A stretch of DNA of 64,000 nucleotides, taken from NCBI GenBank assembly GCA_052325425.1, contig JBKQUY010000045.1, positions 26,739 to 90,738 of the forward strand, read 5' to 3'. Every line of letters starts with the position of its first letter. The first letter of the stretch is position 1. The translations under genes and the position numbers were made by a program. Shown in pieces: positions 47,725 to 58,602 of this stretch. Under the pieces are notes generated by a model. That model saw nothing but the letters and a program-made list of their open reading frames with translations. It did no database searches and had not been told where the DNA came from. Origin of the DNA: Bacteroidia bacterium (GTDB taxonomy: Bacteria; Bacteroidota; Bacteroidia; JABEUT01).

Positions 47725-48209
47725 TATTTATACCCGATAACCAGCACCCCGCAACCCTGTATGGGTGAAGAACCGTCTGTGCTGCTGTTATCATGGTTGG
47801 CAGGAATAACATAATCAACATATAACTTACTGTGATAATGCTCGGTATCGTATGTATAAATTTTCTTCGCAGCGTCGGAACTGTTGCAACTGAAAAGCTC
47901 TTTCCTGTTTTCATGGTCGGCATCCTTGTTATACACATGTATTTCAATACCTGCAGGCAGGGCATAAGTATTGAATATAAGCCTGTACGATTCGCCGATG
48001 AACATAGGCAGTTCTATCTCTTTCAATTGCGGTTTTCTTTGCAATGTAATCAGGATAACATTTGACGCATCATAGTGATATGGATGGTCTAAATAATCTT
48101 TGCAACTGTCTTTCAGTGTTTTTGTGTCGCAATATTCATACGCCTGTCCGATTGCAGATGATGCTAACAGTGTAACAAACAATAGTGCGAAGAATTTATA
48201 TTTTATCAT
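47724..48209 (-). CDS. small secreted hypothetical protein (paralog of 47218..47724)
   Basis: Signal peptide and C-terminal ..IQGCGVLVIGYK. Similar length and Cys spacing to its neighbour. Confidence 0.6.
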   Translation of the reverse strand: MIKYKFFALLFVTLLASSAIGQAYEYCDTKTLKDSCKDYLDHPYHYDASNVILITLQRKPQLKEIELPMFIGESYRLIFNTYALPAGIEIHVYNKDADHENRKELFSCNSSDAAKKIYTYDTEHYHSKLYVDYVIPANHDNSSTDGSSPIQGCGVLVIGYK

Positions 48210-48235
48210 ACCATGCAGGTTTTAAACCGTAATTT

Positions 48236-49120
48236 TTAGGAAGCAACAAATTTGCTGCGTAAAGTTCTTATAACTGCCCCAAGCTGGCTAATATGGTCAG
48301 AAGTAAGCACAACAGGTTGTTCACTATCGGGGTTATAGCTTTTTACTTCATCAAACGCATCATACGAAGCTTTTACAGTGTTCAGGTCCGAAATAAGCCC
48401 GCTGATATGAGTGTCAGCCGCCCTGTATTTGTTAAGAAGTTTTACCAGGCCGTCAAGGATATTCATCTGTTCTGAAATGCGTGAGCTTACTCCTTTATTT
48501 TTATCCTTATCATAAACATTACCACCGATATACATGCTTTCAACCCATGCGCCGGCAAAAGCAATTACGCCTATATACTTTTGTTTGTTATTCTCCAGGT
48601 AAGTGTCGGTTTCCATTTGTAATTCGGCAATAAGAGATGCGAGGGAATCGGTGCTGTTCATATTGCTCTGGAACCTTTTCAAAAAGGCGTTGGATTCGAA
48701 TACGCTGCCAAACCCAAGTTTATCGGAGAGGGCTTTTACTATTTTGAGGTATTTACTCGCGTCATCGCTTTGTTTGTTCAATATGCAATACGACAGGTCT
48801 GCGCTGTAAATACCCATGTTTAACGACTGGTCGAACTGTGAATTAAACTGCGACCCGTCTTTAAATGGAGCTGTGGTGCCGGGCAGGTAAGTTAACCCTG
48901 AATTTTTAAAGATTGAGGCAATTTGCAATGGAGAAGGAAGCAGGTATGTTTCCGAATCCTGGTCGGCCTGATCAGTGCTTTTTTGCACCGGCGCTTTGGT
49001 CAAGGTGTCCGCTCCACCCGTGGCAGTTGAGGAACTATTATTGTTGCCTCGGCATGAAAATAATGCCAGGGAAGCAACAGCCGACATGCAGGTAAGTGCT
49101 TTGAGATAATTTATTCTCAT
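48236..49120 (-). CDS. hypothetical lipoprotein
   Basis: Lipobox-like LALFSC followed by a low-complexity linker. 294 aa. Confidence 0.6.
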   Translation of the reverse strand: MRINYLKALTCMSAVASLALFSCRGNNNSSSTATGGADTLTKAPVQKSTDQADQDSETYLLPSPLQIASIFKNSGLTYLPGTTAPFKDGSQFNSQFDQSLNMGIYSADLSYCILNKQSDDASKYLKIVKALSDKLGFGSVFESNAFLKRFQSNMNSTDSLASLIAELQMETDTYLENNKQKYIGVIAFAGAWVESMYIGGNVYDKDKNKGVSSRISEQMNILDGLVKLLNKYRAADTHISGLISDLNTVKASYDAFDEVKSYNPDSEQPVVLTSDHISQLGAVIRTLRSKFVAS

Positions 49121-49302
49121 ACGTATTTAAGTAATTAGACAAAAATTAGGCGCCTAATATAATAATATTTTATCCAGTAGTATATGTTTTCCAGGTTTAA
49201 ACAAAATTTTACTTCCTGCTTATAACCTGTGGATTAATTTCTTTTTTAACCCGGTGAAGCAGCTTTTTCATTTGCTATTTTTGCCCGGTATATTATTACT
49301 TC

Positions 49303-51030
49303 ATGCGGAGGATATTGGTATTAGCCCTGTTTTTAAGTATGGCACTTGCGTTAAAGGCCCAGACAGTTATTCTTTACTGGGATAGTGTTAAGGGCATTAA
49401 AAAAAGTGAGACCAATTTTACAAATGGCATGCAAAACGGACCGTTTAAAATATGGTATAAGGACGGAAAATTAGCCGAAGAGGGATTTTTCAAATCCGGT
49501 TACCAGGATAGCGTATGGAGTAATTTTTATGAAAATGAGCATCTGAAGGCCATAAAACACTATAAAAAAGGAAACCCTGATGGCGCATGTACCTTCTTTT
49601 ATTCGTCAGGCGATACGGCTGAAATTGATTCATACATTGAAGGGAAAAAAGACGGAAGGTGGGAAACATGGTTTGAAAATGGAAAAGTTTCCTCTGAAAC
49701 TCCATATAAAAATGATTTAAAAGAGGGGAACTGGATATATTATTTTGATAACGGCAACATGCAAAACAAGGGAATGTTTGTAAAAGACAAGAAAGAAGGG
49801 CAATATATATCCTGGTATGTGAACGGCAATAAACAAAGTGAAGGCGATTTCAGCAAGGATAAGGAAACAGGTAAATGGCAGGAATGGTATTCATCGGGTC
49901 AGTTAAAATCGGTTACCAGCCACGCCGATTCAACTTTGTATTTGATGGAGTATTATGATAGTACCGGTAAGCAACTTATAAGTAATGGCAATGGCACGCT
50001 GACCATCTATTCGGCTGCAGGTAAGGTTGAAGCTACGGGTAATTATTCGGGCGGGATGAAGGACGGCCTATGGAAATTTTATGTGAAAAACGGCGATGAA
50101 GATTATGAAGCCGAATATAAAGCTGATAAAATGAATGGTTCCTACCTGTCATTTTTCCCTGCAAGTAAAGTAAAAGCAAAGGGCAGTTATGCCAATGGAA
50201 TGAAGGATGGTCATTGGATATGGTATTATGCCAATGGCAAACCTGAAACAACAGGCAATATGCGCCTGAACAAGCGCGAAGGTTCCTGGACATACTTTAG
50301 CGAGACCGGTGATACCGATGCCAAAGGCTATTTTAAAAATGATGAACAAGACAGCACCTGGACCTATTATTATGAGGGAAATAAAAAGTGGAAACAGGGA
50401 AAGTACCTGCACAACCTGAAAACGGGCGAATGGACATTGTGGTATCCCGACGGTGCTGCAAAAGAAAAAGGGCTTTATGCGGAAGATAAAGAAGAAGGAT
50501 TATGGAAATCGTGGTACAGCAATGGGCAGGAAGAAGATGAGGGCTGGTATAAAGCCGGTGATATGAATGGGGAGTGGAAAGGCTGGTATGATAATGGTAA
50601 ACTTAAATACCAGGGACAAAAGAAGAATAGCCTTGAAGAAGGCCATTGGACATATTGGTCAGATAATGGTACAATACAGCGCGAAGGCGATTATAAGGCA
50701 GGAAAGAAAGAGGGGCACTGGGTTTTTCAGCAACCTTCAGGAATTAAAATACAGGAAGGCGATTATAAAGACGATAAATTAGAGGGTAAATGGACTTTTT
50801 ATGACCAATATGGTGTATTAGTGCAGGAACAGACATTGACCGACGGCAAACTATCAGGTAAATGCACCGCTTATTTTGCTAACGGCGCTGTGCAAAGCAT
50901 TACCAATTACAAGCTTATAACCGAGAAAAACGGTAATGTTAGGAGCGTACCTGATGGGGAATGGACCTATTATGATAAAAGCGGTAAAGTAGAAAAGCAG
51001 GTAAGTTATAAAGACGGGGTAAAACAGTAG
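49303..51030 (+). CDS. MORN-repeat-variant (YwqK-like) repeat protein
   Basis: More than 15 repeats of the pattern G.W..(W)Y.NG....EG.Y..GK..G.W. Signal peptide present. Confidence 0.8.
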   Translation: MRRILVLALFLSMALALKAQTVILYWDSVKGIKKSETNFTNGMQNGPFKIWYKDGKLAEEGFFKSGYQDSVWSNFYENEHLKAIKHYKKGNPDGACTFFYSSGDTAEIDSYIEGKKDGRWETWFENGKVSSETPYKNDLKEGNWIYYFDNGNMQNKGMFVKDKKEGQYISWYVNGNKQSEGDFSKDKETGKWQEWYSSGQLKSVTSHADSTLYLMEYYDSTGKQLISNGNGTLTIYSAAGKVEATGNYSGGMKDGLWKFYVKNGDEDYEAEYKADKMNGSYLSFFPASKVKAKGSYANGMKDGHWIWYYANGKPETTGNMRLNKREGSWTYFSETGDTDAKGYFKNDEQDSTWTYYYEGNKKWKQGKYLHNLKTGEWTLWYPDGAAKEKGLYAEDKEEGLWKSWYSNGQEEDEGWYKAGDMNGEWKGWYDNGKLKYQGQKKNSLEEGHWTYWSDNGTIQREGDYKAGKKEGHWVFQQPSGIKIQEGDYKDDKLEGKWTFYDQYGVLVQEQTLTDGKLSGKCTAYFANGAVQSITNYKLITEKNGNVRSVPDGEWTYYDKSGKVEKQVSYKDGVKQ

Positions 51031-51100
51031 AATAGCGAATAACGATTAACGAATTTTGATTTTAGAGGCAGGAACACAAAATTTGGCGTCCGTGCATAAA

Positions 51101-52042
51101 TTATTTTTCGCTTTTTGCTTCCCTTGAATCTTCGGAGAGTTTTTTCAATGTAATTAATTCCCTCATCTTGCCTTGTACTTCACCTGCGGGGCTGCCGAAA
51201 TATGTTTTTCCTCCTTCTAAAGATTTTGCGGCTCCCGATTGTCCCAAAAGAACAGCTCCTTTGCCAATATGTATATTGCTCGGTATGCCTACCTGTCCCC
51301 AAAGGGTAACATTATCTTCAAGCGTTACAACCCCCGAAATACCCACCTGTGAAGCTATAAGGCACATTTTGCCGATATGCGTATCGTGGCCAACCTGCAC
51401 ATGGTTGTCTATCTTGGTGCCCGCTCCAATTATGGTTTGTTCTGATACACCGCGGTCAATGGTGCAGCAGCAGCCCAGGTCAACATCGTCTTCAATAACC
51501 ACATTGCCGCATGATAACAACCTGTCGAAATGCGTAGGGCGTTTTTTATAATAAAAAGCATCGCCTCCTATTACGCATCCTGAATGTATAATTACCCGGT
51601 TGCCGATAATGGTATTATCATATAGGGTAACGTTGGGATGAACTATACAATTGTTACCTATAACTACATTATTGCCGATAAAAACCCCGGGCATTATTAC
51701 CGTGTTTTCGCCAATTTTAGCAGAAGGGCTGTGCATTTCCTTCTGGGAAAAATTTTCGGGATGAAAATGCTTTACAAGTTTATTAAACGCGCTGAAAGGA
51801 TCATCGGAAAACAACAAGGCTTTATTTTCAGGGCAGGCAACTTTCTTATTTATAATGATGGTTGTAGCGTTTGAATTAAGCGCTTTATCGTAATACTTAG
51901 GGTGGTCAACAAATACAATATCTCCCTTAACTACCCGGTGAATTTCATTTAAGCCTGTAATTAAATGCTTTGGGTTGCCATCAAACTCTGCTCCTAATAT
52001 GGAAGCTATCTTTTCAAGTGTTTGCGGCGGGTTTATTTTCAT
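51101..52042 (-). CDS. lpxD: UDP-3-O-acylglucosamine N-acyltransferase
   Basis: N-terminal LpxD-type domain (..LGAEF.GN....ITG...I.....GDI.FV..PKY...L) followed by left-handed hexapeptide repeats. Confidence 0.8.
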   Translation of the reverse strand: MKINPPQTLEKIASILGAEFDGNPKHLITGLNEIHRVVKGDIVFVDHPKYYDKALNSNATTIIINKKVACPENKALLFSDDPFSAFNKLVKHFHPENFSQKEMHSPSAKIGENTVIMPGVFIGNNVVIGNNCIVHPNVTLYDNTIIGNRVIIHSGCVIGGDAFYYKKRPTHFDRLLSCGNVVIEDDVDLGCCCTIDRGVSEQTIIGAGTKIDNHVQVGHDTHIGKMCLIASQVGISGVVTLEDNVTLWGQVGIPSNIHIGKGAVLLGQSGAAKSLEGGKTYFGSPAGEVQGKMRELITLKKLSEDSREAKSEK

Positions 52043-52244
52043 GGATGCAAAGATATTGATTAAAAATAATCAAAATGAATGAATTTATCACCAAAGCGCC
52101 CAATATCATTAATGATTTATATCATGATAAATATTCCTGATTAATAATGCAAAAGCCCTTATTTTCTGTTCCTTTAACAATATTTGTATATTATTCATCG
52201 AATTATTGTGTATCTTTACAATTAATGAAGTAAAATATCATCTT

Positions 52245-54839
52245 ATGAAAAAATTATCTACTCAATCTAACCTTTCAATTTTTACGTCAGGCATTGTTCG
52301 TGTTTCAATAATAGCCTTGATATTAATTGGAGCTATGCCCATAAGCGGGTATTCCCAAAACTCTTCAAAAAACCAAAACGGGTTTAAAGAAAAATGGAAA
52401 ATCAATCCATTTGACCATAAGATATTTATTGAAAACAAAGGCCAGTTTGATGCCGATGTTAAAAATGAGAATATAGACAAGGTTTTATACGAGGCGGTTT
52501 TAGGTGGCGACATTAAAGCCTATTTTACGCCCAATGGCATATTATACCGCCAGGTTAAATTTGTTTCGAAAGATAAGGTTGTTGTAAATAAAGTTGGCGT
52601 ATTATGGGAAGGTTCAAACCCCAATGTTACTATAGAAGCCAGTGGTAAACAAACCTATTTCGAATCGTATGGAACATTGGACAACAAGACAATAAAAGCC
52701 AATGTTTTTAAAAAAATAATCTACCGCAATTTATATCCCGGAATAGATGTGGAATATATATTCCCCGGTGAAGGCAAAGAGGGTTTGAAGTACACAGTAA
52801 TTGTGCATCCGGGTGCTGATTTATCAGTGGTGAAACTGAAATATTCGGGAGTAAATATTTTAAAGATTGATGAAACAGGAAATGTTCAGGTAGAGAATAC
52901 AATGAGCAAAATTACAGACCACACTCCTGTAAGTTCTTACCTGGAGGGTGGAATAGCTCATGTTGATTATGCAGTTAATGGACAGGAGGAATCATTTTCG
53001 GCAAAAAATCATGATAAAACAAAAACTCTTATAATAGACCCCTGGAGCGAGACAAACCTTGGATTTATTTCCGGCAATTCAGGATATGATATTGATTATG
53101 ATAATTATGGCAATGTATATGTAGCTGGGGGATACAATCCTTTTCAGATATCGAAATTTAACTCGGAAGGGGTTAAACAATGGATAATTAACGTATTTAG
53201 TACAGATAATTCCAATGGGGGAATTGACCAGACTATTTGGGGTGATTTTGTAGTTGACCATCATTCAGGGGAGGTTTATGCTGTAGAAGGGTATAATGCT
53301 AATGGTGCATGGGCCGAAAAATATACTGCTACCGGTACCAAATTAGCCACTTTTAACGGTACAAATGAATTCAGGAAAATGTGTAGGGCAAAATTCAATG
53401 CACAAAACGGGCAGGTAGATATAGGCGGCGGTGGAGAGGATAGCTTTGGCAGTGGTGCAAATGACCAGACAGCAGTGCTTGATACCAATATGGGCTCATT
53501 ATCTCCTGCTAACCCATTAGGTGCAACCGGACCCGGCCATGATGTGTGTCTTATGGCACTTGACCCAACAGGGCCTCAAGCATATTTTGCTGTTGCGCAA
53601 TCGTCTTATTCAGGTCAGGGTGGAATAGATTCAAATTTTGGGTTCTCGGTTCCTCTGCCTGGTCTTAACCCTGCTTTCTTCATGTTTCCTACTGGGTATA
53701 ATTTCCAGGCAGATAGTTCAATTACTTATGTTGGAGCTGGTATTGGAGATGCCAATGGTATGAATGGCATGGCAGTAAGCCCAAACTGGCTTTATATGTA
53801 TGATGGAAAGACTCTCAAACAATTTAATAAATCTAATGGCGTGTTAAACAACAGTGTGGCTGTGGGAAGTACAAGTTTCACCTGTGGTGGATTAGACGCA
53901 GATGCCTGTGATAATGTATTTGTAGGTAATGGCAGTAACATTGCTGTTTACAATCCTTCTCTGAAGAATATTGCGAATATAGCTGTTGGCGGTACTGTTT
54001 ATGCAATAGCTCTCGGCGGTAATGATTCTGTTATTTATGCCTGCGGAGATGGCTTTGTTCAGGAGTTTAGCAATACAAACTCAGTGGTAACAGTTACTGC
54101 AAGTTCAACTCCTACTACATGTGGACTGAATAATGGTAGTGCAACTGTCAGTCTTGCTTTAACTTGCGCCACTCCGGGTACTGTTACTTATTTATGGTCT
54201 CCAGGAGGAGAAACTACTCAAACAATCAATAATCTTGCCCCGGGAACTTATACTGTAACTATGAATATTGGTGGCAATGTTTTCTATCAGGCTACAACCA
54301 CTGTCGATACAACTCCAAAGCCATTAGTATCTGTAAGCGGAATGCATGATATTACAGCAGGAAGCAGTGACACATTAATTGCAAGCGGTGCATGTAGTTA
54401 TACTTGGGCACCCGGTGGTAATACCAGCGATACTATAATTGTATCTCCCGTAGCAACTACCACTTATAGTATAACCGGTTCATGCAGTGGTGGATGCTCT
54501 TCCCCTATAGATACCTTTACCGTTCATGTAAATGGTACGGTAGGAATAAATAACATCTCAAATTCGAATTCAATTTCTTTATATCCTAATCCATCCAATG
54601 GCGTATTTCAATTACGAATTAAAAATTACGAATTAGGAATTAATAACACTGTCGAGGTTTATAATGTATTGGGAGAAAAAATAGCCTCCTCTAACTCCTC
54701 CAAGGGAGGAGAATTTTATACCCCTTCGGGAGGGGAAGGGTGGGCTATTAATTTGAGCGATAAACCGGCTGGAATATATTTTGTAAAAGTGATGTCAGAT
54801 AGCGAAGTGCAGGTATTTAAACTGGTGATTCAGAAATAA
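52245..54839 (+). CDS. large secreted beta-propeller-like protein with Ig-like repeats and T9SS C-terminal domain
   Basis: Signal anchor at ATG 52245. C-terminus ISLYPNPSNGVFQL..VEVYNVLGEKI..AGIYFVKVMSDSEVQVFKLVIQK. Confidence 0.75.
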   Translation: MKKLSTQSNLSIFTSGIVRVSIIALILIGAMPISGYSQNSSKNQNGFKEKWKINPFDHKIFIENKGQFDADVKNENIDKVLYEAVLGGDIKAYFTPNGILYRQVKFVSKDKVVVNKVGVLWEGSNPNVTIEASGKQTYFESYGTLDNKTIKANVFKKIIYRNLYPGIDVEYIFPGEGKEGLKYTVIVHPGADLSVVKLKYSGVNILKIDETGNVQVENTMSKITDHTPVSSYLEGGIAHVDYAVNGQEESFSAKNHDKTKTLIIDPWSETNLGFISGNSGYDIDYDNYGNVYVAGGYNPFQISKFNSEGVKQWIINVFSTDNSNGGIDQTIWGDFVVDHHSGEVYAVEGYNANGAWAEKYTATGTKLATFNGTNEFRKMCRAKFNAQNGQVDIGGGGEDSFGSGANDQTAVLDTNMGSLSPANPLGATGPGHDVCLMALDPTGPQAYFAVAQSSYSGQGGIDSNFGFSVPLPGLNPAFFMFPTGYNFQADSSITYVGAGIGDANGMNGMAVSPNWLYMYDGKTLKQFNKSNGVLNNSVAVGSTSFTCGGLDADACDNVFVGNGSNIAVYNPSLKNIANIAVGGTVYAIALGGNDSVIYACGDGFVQEFSNTNSVVTVTASSTPTTCGLNNGSATVSLALTCATPGTVTYLWSPGGETTQTINNLAPGTYTVTMNIGGNVFYQATTTVDTTPKPLVSVSGMHDITAGSSDTLIASGACSYTWAPGGNTSDTIIVSPVATTTYSITGSCSGGCSSPIDTFTVHVNGTVGINNISNSNSISLYPNPSNGVFQLRIKNYELGINNTVEVYNVLGEKIASSNSSKGGEFYTPSGGEGWAINLSDKPAGIYFVKVMSDSEVQVFKLVIQK

Positions 54840-54949
54840 TAAATAAAGCTTTCAGGGCTAAAGCCCCTAATTATGGGGGCTATTAACATTTCGACAAGCT
54901 CAATGTGACAAGGCTGCTAAATTGTCCACTATCCGGTATCAATTGAAAA

Positions 54950-56584
54950 TTACTTTACCTGCCAGCTTTGGGTAATATCCCAGTTAGAGCGTATGTTAAG
55001 AGCCTGGAAATAGTAATAGACCTTTTCGGGCTGAATGCCTTTCATAAAATCGCCCGTATCCCATATCCCGTTATTGTTGGCATCATCAATAACCCTGATT
55101 CTGTAAGTGCCAGGTTGCAGGGCATCGAAGAAAACCGATTTGCTGCCCGTAATTATAAATTGCCTGTAAACATTTAATTTGCTGTCAACCATTTGCACAA
55201 TGTAATGCCCCTGGTTCGTAAACTTCAAATCGAGTTTTAATGTTCCAAAGAAAGTAGGTTCCACAATGACGAATTTTATTTTCATCGTGTCATTCTTTGT
55301 CCCGAACATATCGGTAAAAGCCCCGGGCAAAACAATTAACTGGTATGTAGAATCGCTGATAAGTTGCCGGGCAGGGTTAATGGAAAAGACAAAGGGCATT
55401 GTGCTTGTATCGGGTGAGAATTTCTCTGTATCGTTGCGGAGGACCAGCGTTATCTTGCTCATATCATATTTCAGCACCGGGTCGCCGAAACTGAACGAAA
55501 TGGGCTGGTGGAAATCGAAGCCATTCCGGGCATTGCAAACCACTTTAAGTTTTACAGGTTTAGGTTTCTTTACTTTCCTCTGAATGCTGTTATTGGGGAA
55601 TGAATGCACAAAAGCGGTATCTAAAGCATTGCCATTATGATAAATTACAAAACGCAATGAATCAATAAAAGGAGTATTCAGCCAATAGAAGGCGGTATCG
55701 CCGGTTACTGAATAATTGAGGTGAGTGTAGCCTGGTTTCAAGGAATCGGGCTGGTTCAGAGCCTTGACCGATAAACTGTCGGCAGGCTTATTGAAGACCA
55801 TTTCTATTTCTCCGCGGTCTTCGGCCTTTGCTTTTATAAGCTTTAGCCTGGGCGGCAGTTCGGTAAAAACATAAAGGTTAGAAGTATCGTGCAGGTGTAT
55901 TTCTGTCAGCCTCGATTTAAACCCTATGCCTTCAACATAAGGATGGTAGAAATAGTCAGTTTGAATATTGGAAATAGCTATTAACCTGTATGTTCCCGGG
56001 GCAATATTCTGAATGTTGTAATAGCCCCTGTCATCGGTTAAGCTGATATAAGCAGGCAGGCTTTTATAAACGGCTGAATCACCAAGATTGGAAAAAAGCA
56101 TAACGTATGCGCCCTTGATAGAATCGTGTGTGAATGCATCTTGCACCCGTCCTGAAATTGAAAGAGAATCTATATGGTCGCCCGTGGAAACAACATACTG
56201 GAAATTTCTAAGCACATTCCCTTCATTATTATCTACAATGGAATTACCGAAGTTGAAGGTATAGGTGGAACTGTCTTTCAGGGTGTCTTTCAGGGTAAGT
56301 TCCAAAACCCTTCCTTTTACCAGGGCTTTGGGCGCATATTTCAACGGAGGCGATACTATAAGCTGTTTTTCAAGGCTTTTTACCTGTATATATTCATCGA
56401 AAGTAATACGGATTTTACGCGTATTAAAATGGAGGCTTTTATTGTCGGGTGAATAGTTTACAACTTTGGGCGGAGTGACGTCTTTTGGGCCGCCTGTGGG
56501 CTTAACCTGTATGGCGCATTCGCTGAATAATAAAGAAGCTATACAAATAAAATATATGCGAGTAATGGTATGCTCTGTACTCAT
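54950..56584 (-). CDS. Ig-like (Big_5/SbsA-type) domain lipoprotein
   Basis: LLFSEC lipobox-like signal, DVTPPKVVNYSPDN......I.ITFDEYI and a carboxypeptidase-regulatory-like segment. Confidence 0.6.
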   Translation of the reverse strand: MSTEHTITRIYFICIASLLFSECAIQVKPTGGPKDVTPPKVVNYSPDNKSLHFNTRKIRITFDEYIQVKSLEKQLIVSPPLKYAPKALVKGRVLELTLKDTLKDSSTYTFNFGNSIVDNNEGNVLRNFQYVVSTGDHIDSLSISGRVQDAFTHDSIKGAYVMLFSNLGDSAVYKSLPAYISLTDDRGYYNIQNIAPGTYRLIAISNIQTDYFYHPYVEGIGFKSRLTEIHLHDTSNLYVFTELPPRLKLIKAKAEDRGEIEMVFNKPADSLSVKALNQPDSLKPGYTHLNYSVTGDTAFYWLNTPFIDSLRFVIYHNGNALDTAFVHSFPNNSIQRKVKKPKPVKLKVVCNARNGFDFHQPISFSFGDPVLKYDMSKITLVLRNDTEKFSPDTSTMPFVFSINPARQLISDSTYQLIVLPGAFTDMFGTKNDTMKIKFVIVEPTFFGTLKLDLKFTNQGHYIVQMVDSKLNVYRQFIITGSKSVFFDALQPGTYRIRVIDDANNNGIWDTGDFMKGIQPEKVYYYFQALNIRSNWDITQSWQVK

Positions 56585-56785
56585 ATTCTATTTATGCTAT
56601 ATCAGTTTGCAAAATCATGTATATAGCCAGGGAGACTGCCACGTCCACATATTTTTTGAGGGATGTTGGACTCGCAGTGACGGCAGGAATGTGGACTCCA
56701 TGAATGTACGCTGTACATTCATGAATTGCGAGGAACGAAGCAATCCCACTATTTTTTTTAAACTCATGTTTCAATATAACATAAA

Positions 56786-57274
56786 TCAGGCATTAATTAT
56801 CTTTTCAATCAGCCGGGCTACTTCTTCAAGGTGTTTCTGGTCGGTATGGTTAAAGTGGGCAAGGTGTTCGCTATCCACATCAAGCACCATAACTACTTCG
56901 CCTTTTTTATCCAATACCGGCAAAACTATCTCCGACTTAGTCTCGCTGCTGCATGCAATATGGCCCTCAAAGGCCTCAACATTTTCAACAATAATTGTTT
57001 TTTTCTCTTTCCAGCAATGTCCGCAAACGCCATTGCCAAAGGCAATATGGGTGCATGCTACAGTTCCCTGGAAAGGGCCAAGGACAAGTTCATTGTTTTT
57101 TACAATATAAAGGCCGACCCAGAAAAAGTTCATGCCATGTTTAATTGCCGACATAATATTGCCAAGGGCTGCCCACTTATCGGTTTCGCCCTCTGACAGG
57201 GCTTTTAATTGGGGAAGAAGCGATACATATTGCTCCTCGCGGGTATTGCCACTTACTGTTATAGACTCGGACAT
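56786..57274 (-). CDS. GAF-domain protein (free methionine-R-sulfoxide reductase type)
   Basis: FFWVGLYIV..ELVLGPFQG..ACT.I.FG.GVCG... pattern. ATG 57274 is preferred over the extended ORF. Confidence 0.8.
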   Translation of the reverse strand: MSESITVSGNTREEQYVSLLPQLKALSEGETDKWAALGNIMSAIKHGMNFFWVGLYIVKNNELVLGPFQGTVACTHIAFGNGVCGHCWKEKKTIIVENVEAFEGHIACSSETKSEIVLPVLDKKGEVVMVLDVDSEHLAHFNHTDQKHLEEVARLIEKIINA

Positions 57275-57498
57275 AATAAATACATTATTGGCAAAGATGC
57301 GAAATAGTTTGAATCGGTGCACTATATGAAACGAGAAACGCGTGCAGTTATTGCCGCTGTACACGCGAAGCCATTGTTTATCCCGCTTTATTGCGGGGCT
57401 TTGCCATCCGAATAGTTCATCCGGGCGGGCTTACTAAAAGAAAGACTTTAATTCCCAGTTGAAAATGAGTATATTTGATTTATATTATTCATAGAATT

Positions 57499-58602
57499 AT
57501 GAGAAATTGTAAAAACATATTTGTTTTTGGTATTTTAATTCTTGGTATTGCTATACAATTCATTTCGTGTATTAAAGATAACCCTACACCACCGCCAACT
57601 GTTCCTCCTAACGTAATAATTAATTCGAATGATTTAGTTCTCGATAAAACAGGGAATATTTATTTGACTAATGGTAATTGTAATATTTTGAAAGTAAATA
57701 CTAGCGGCACAGTAATCTCATTTGCCGGAACCGAAAAGTCAGGTTGCAGTGGAGATGGGGGACCGGCTACTTCTGCAACAATAAACTTTCCTATCGGTAT
57801 ATGCATAGACTCAGTTGGTAATATTTATTTCAGTGATTCTTTTTGCCAGGCAATACATAAAATCAATATTTCTACTGGCATTATGACTCGAATAGCAGGT
57901 CTATGCAATGGTTATCCCGGATACAATGGTGATGGAGGAGCTGCAAATTCAGCGGAATTGGATAGCCCTGGTGGTATATCATTTGATAATTCAGGAAATC
58001 TTTATATTGCAGATGCAAATAATAACAGGATTCGTAAAGTAAATTTCAAAACCGGTATAATTACTACTATTGCTGGTAATGGACCTTCTGGTGAAAGAGG
58101 ACATTATGGAGGAGATGGGGGGCCTGCTACTTCAGCACAATTAAATTATCCCGGTAGTATTGCTTTGGATGATTCTTTAAATGTTTATATAGCGGATTGT
58201 GGTAATTATAGAATACGTAAAGTTAATGCAATAACAGGCATAATAAATACTATTGCTGGTAATGGCCAAAGTATCTTTAATGGAGATAGTATCCCTGCGC
58301 TTTCTGCAGCCATTTATGTAGAATATATAGTTATTGATACCTCGAAAAATATTTATTTGACAGATTATAATAATAGGATACGTAAAATAAATGGTAAGAC
58401 AGGTATAATTACGACAATTGCCGGTAATGGCATCGCAGGATATTCGGGAGATGGCGGACCAGCGACTGCTGCTGAAATATCTGACCCCACTGGAATAGCT
58501 TTAGATAATTCAGGAAACGTATATTTTATTGACGTTGGGAATAGCAGGGTAAGAAAAATCACTGTTACAACTGGTATAATAACCACAGTGGCGCATAATT
58601 GA
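57499..58602 (+). CDS. NHL-repeat beta-propeller lipoprotein
   Basis: Lipobox IQFISC. Six repeats of ..GDGGPAT.A.L..P.GIA.D..GN.YI.D..N.RIRK....TGII.TIAGNG. Confidence 0.8.
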   Translation: MRNCKNIFVFGILILGIAIQFISCIKDNPTPPPTVPPNVIINSNDLVLDKTGNIYLTNGNCNILKVNTSGTVISFAGTEKSGCSGDGGPATSATINFPIGICIDSVGNIYFSDSFCQAIHKINISTGIMTRIAGLCNGYPGYNGDGGAANSAELDSPGGISFDNSGNLYIADANNNRIRKVNFKTGIITTIAGNGPSGERGHYGGDGGPATSAQLNYPGSIALDDSLNVYIADCGNYRIRKVNAITGIINTIAGNGQSIFNGDSIPALSAAIYVEYIVIDTSKNIYLTDYNNRIRKINGKTGIITTIAGNGIAGYSGDGGPATAAEISDPTGIALDNSGNVYFIDVGNSRVRKITVTTGIITTVAHN

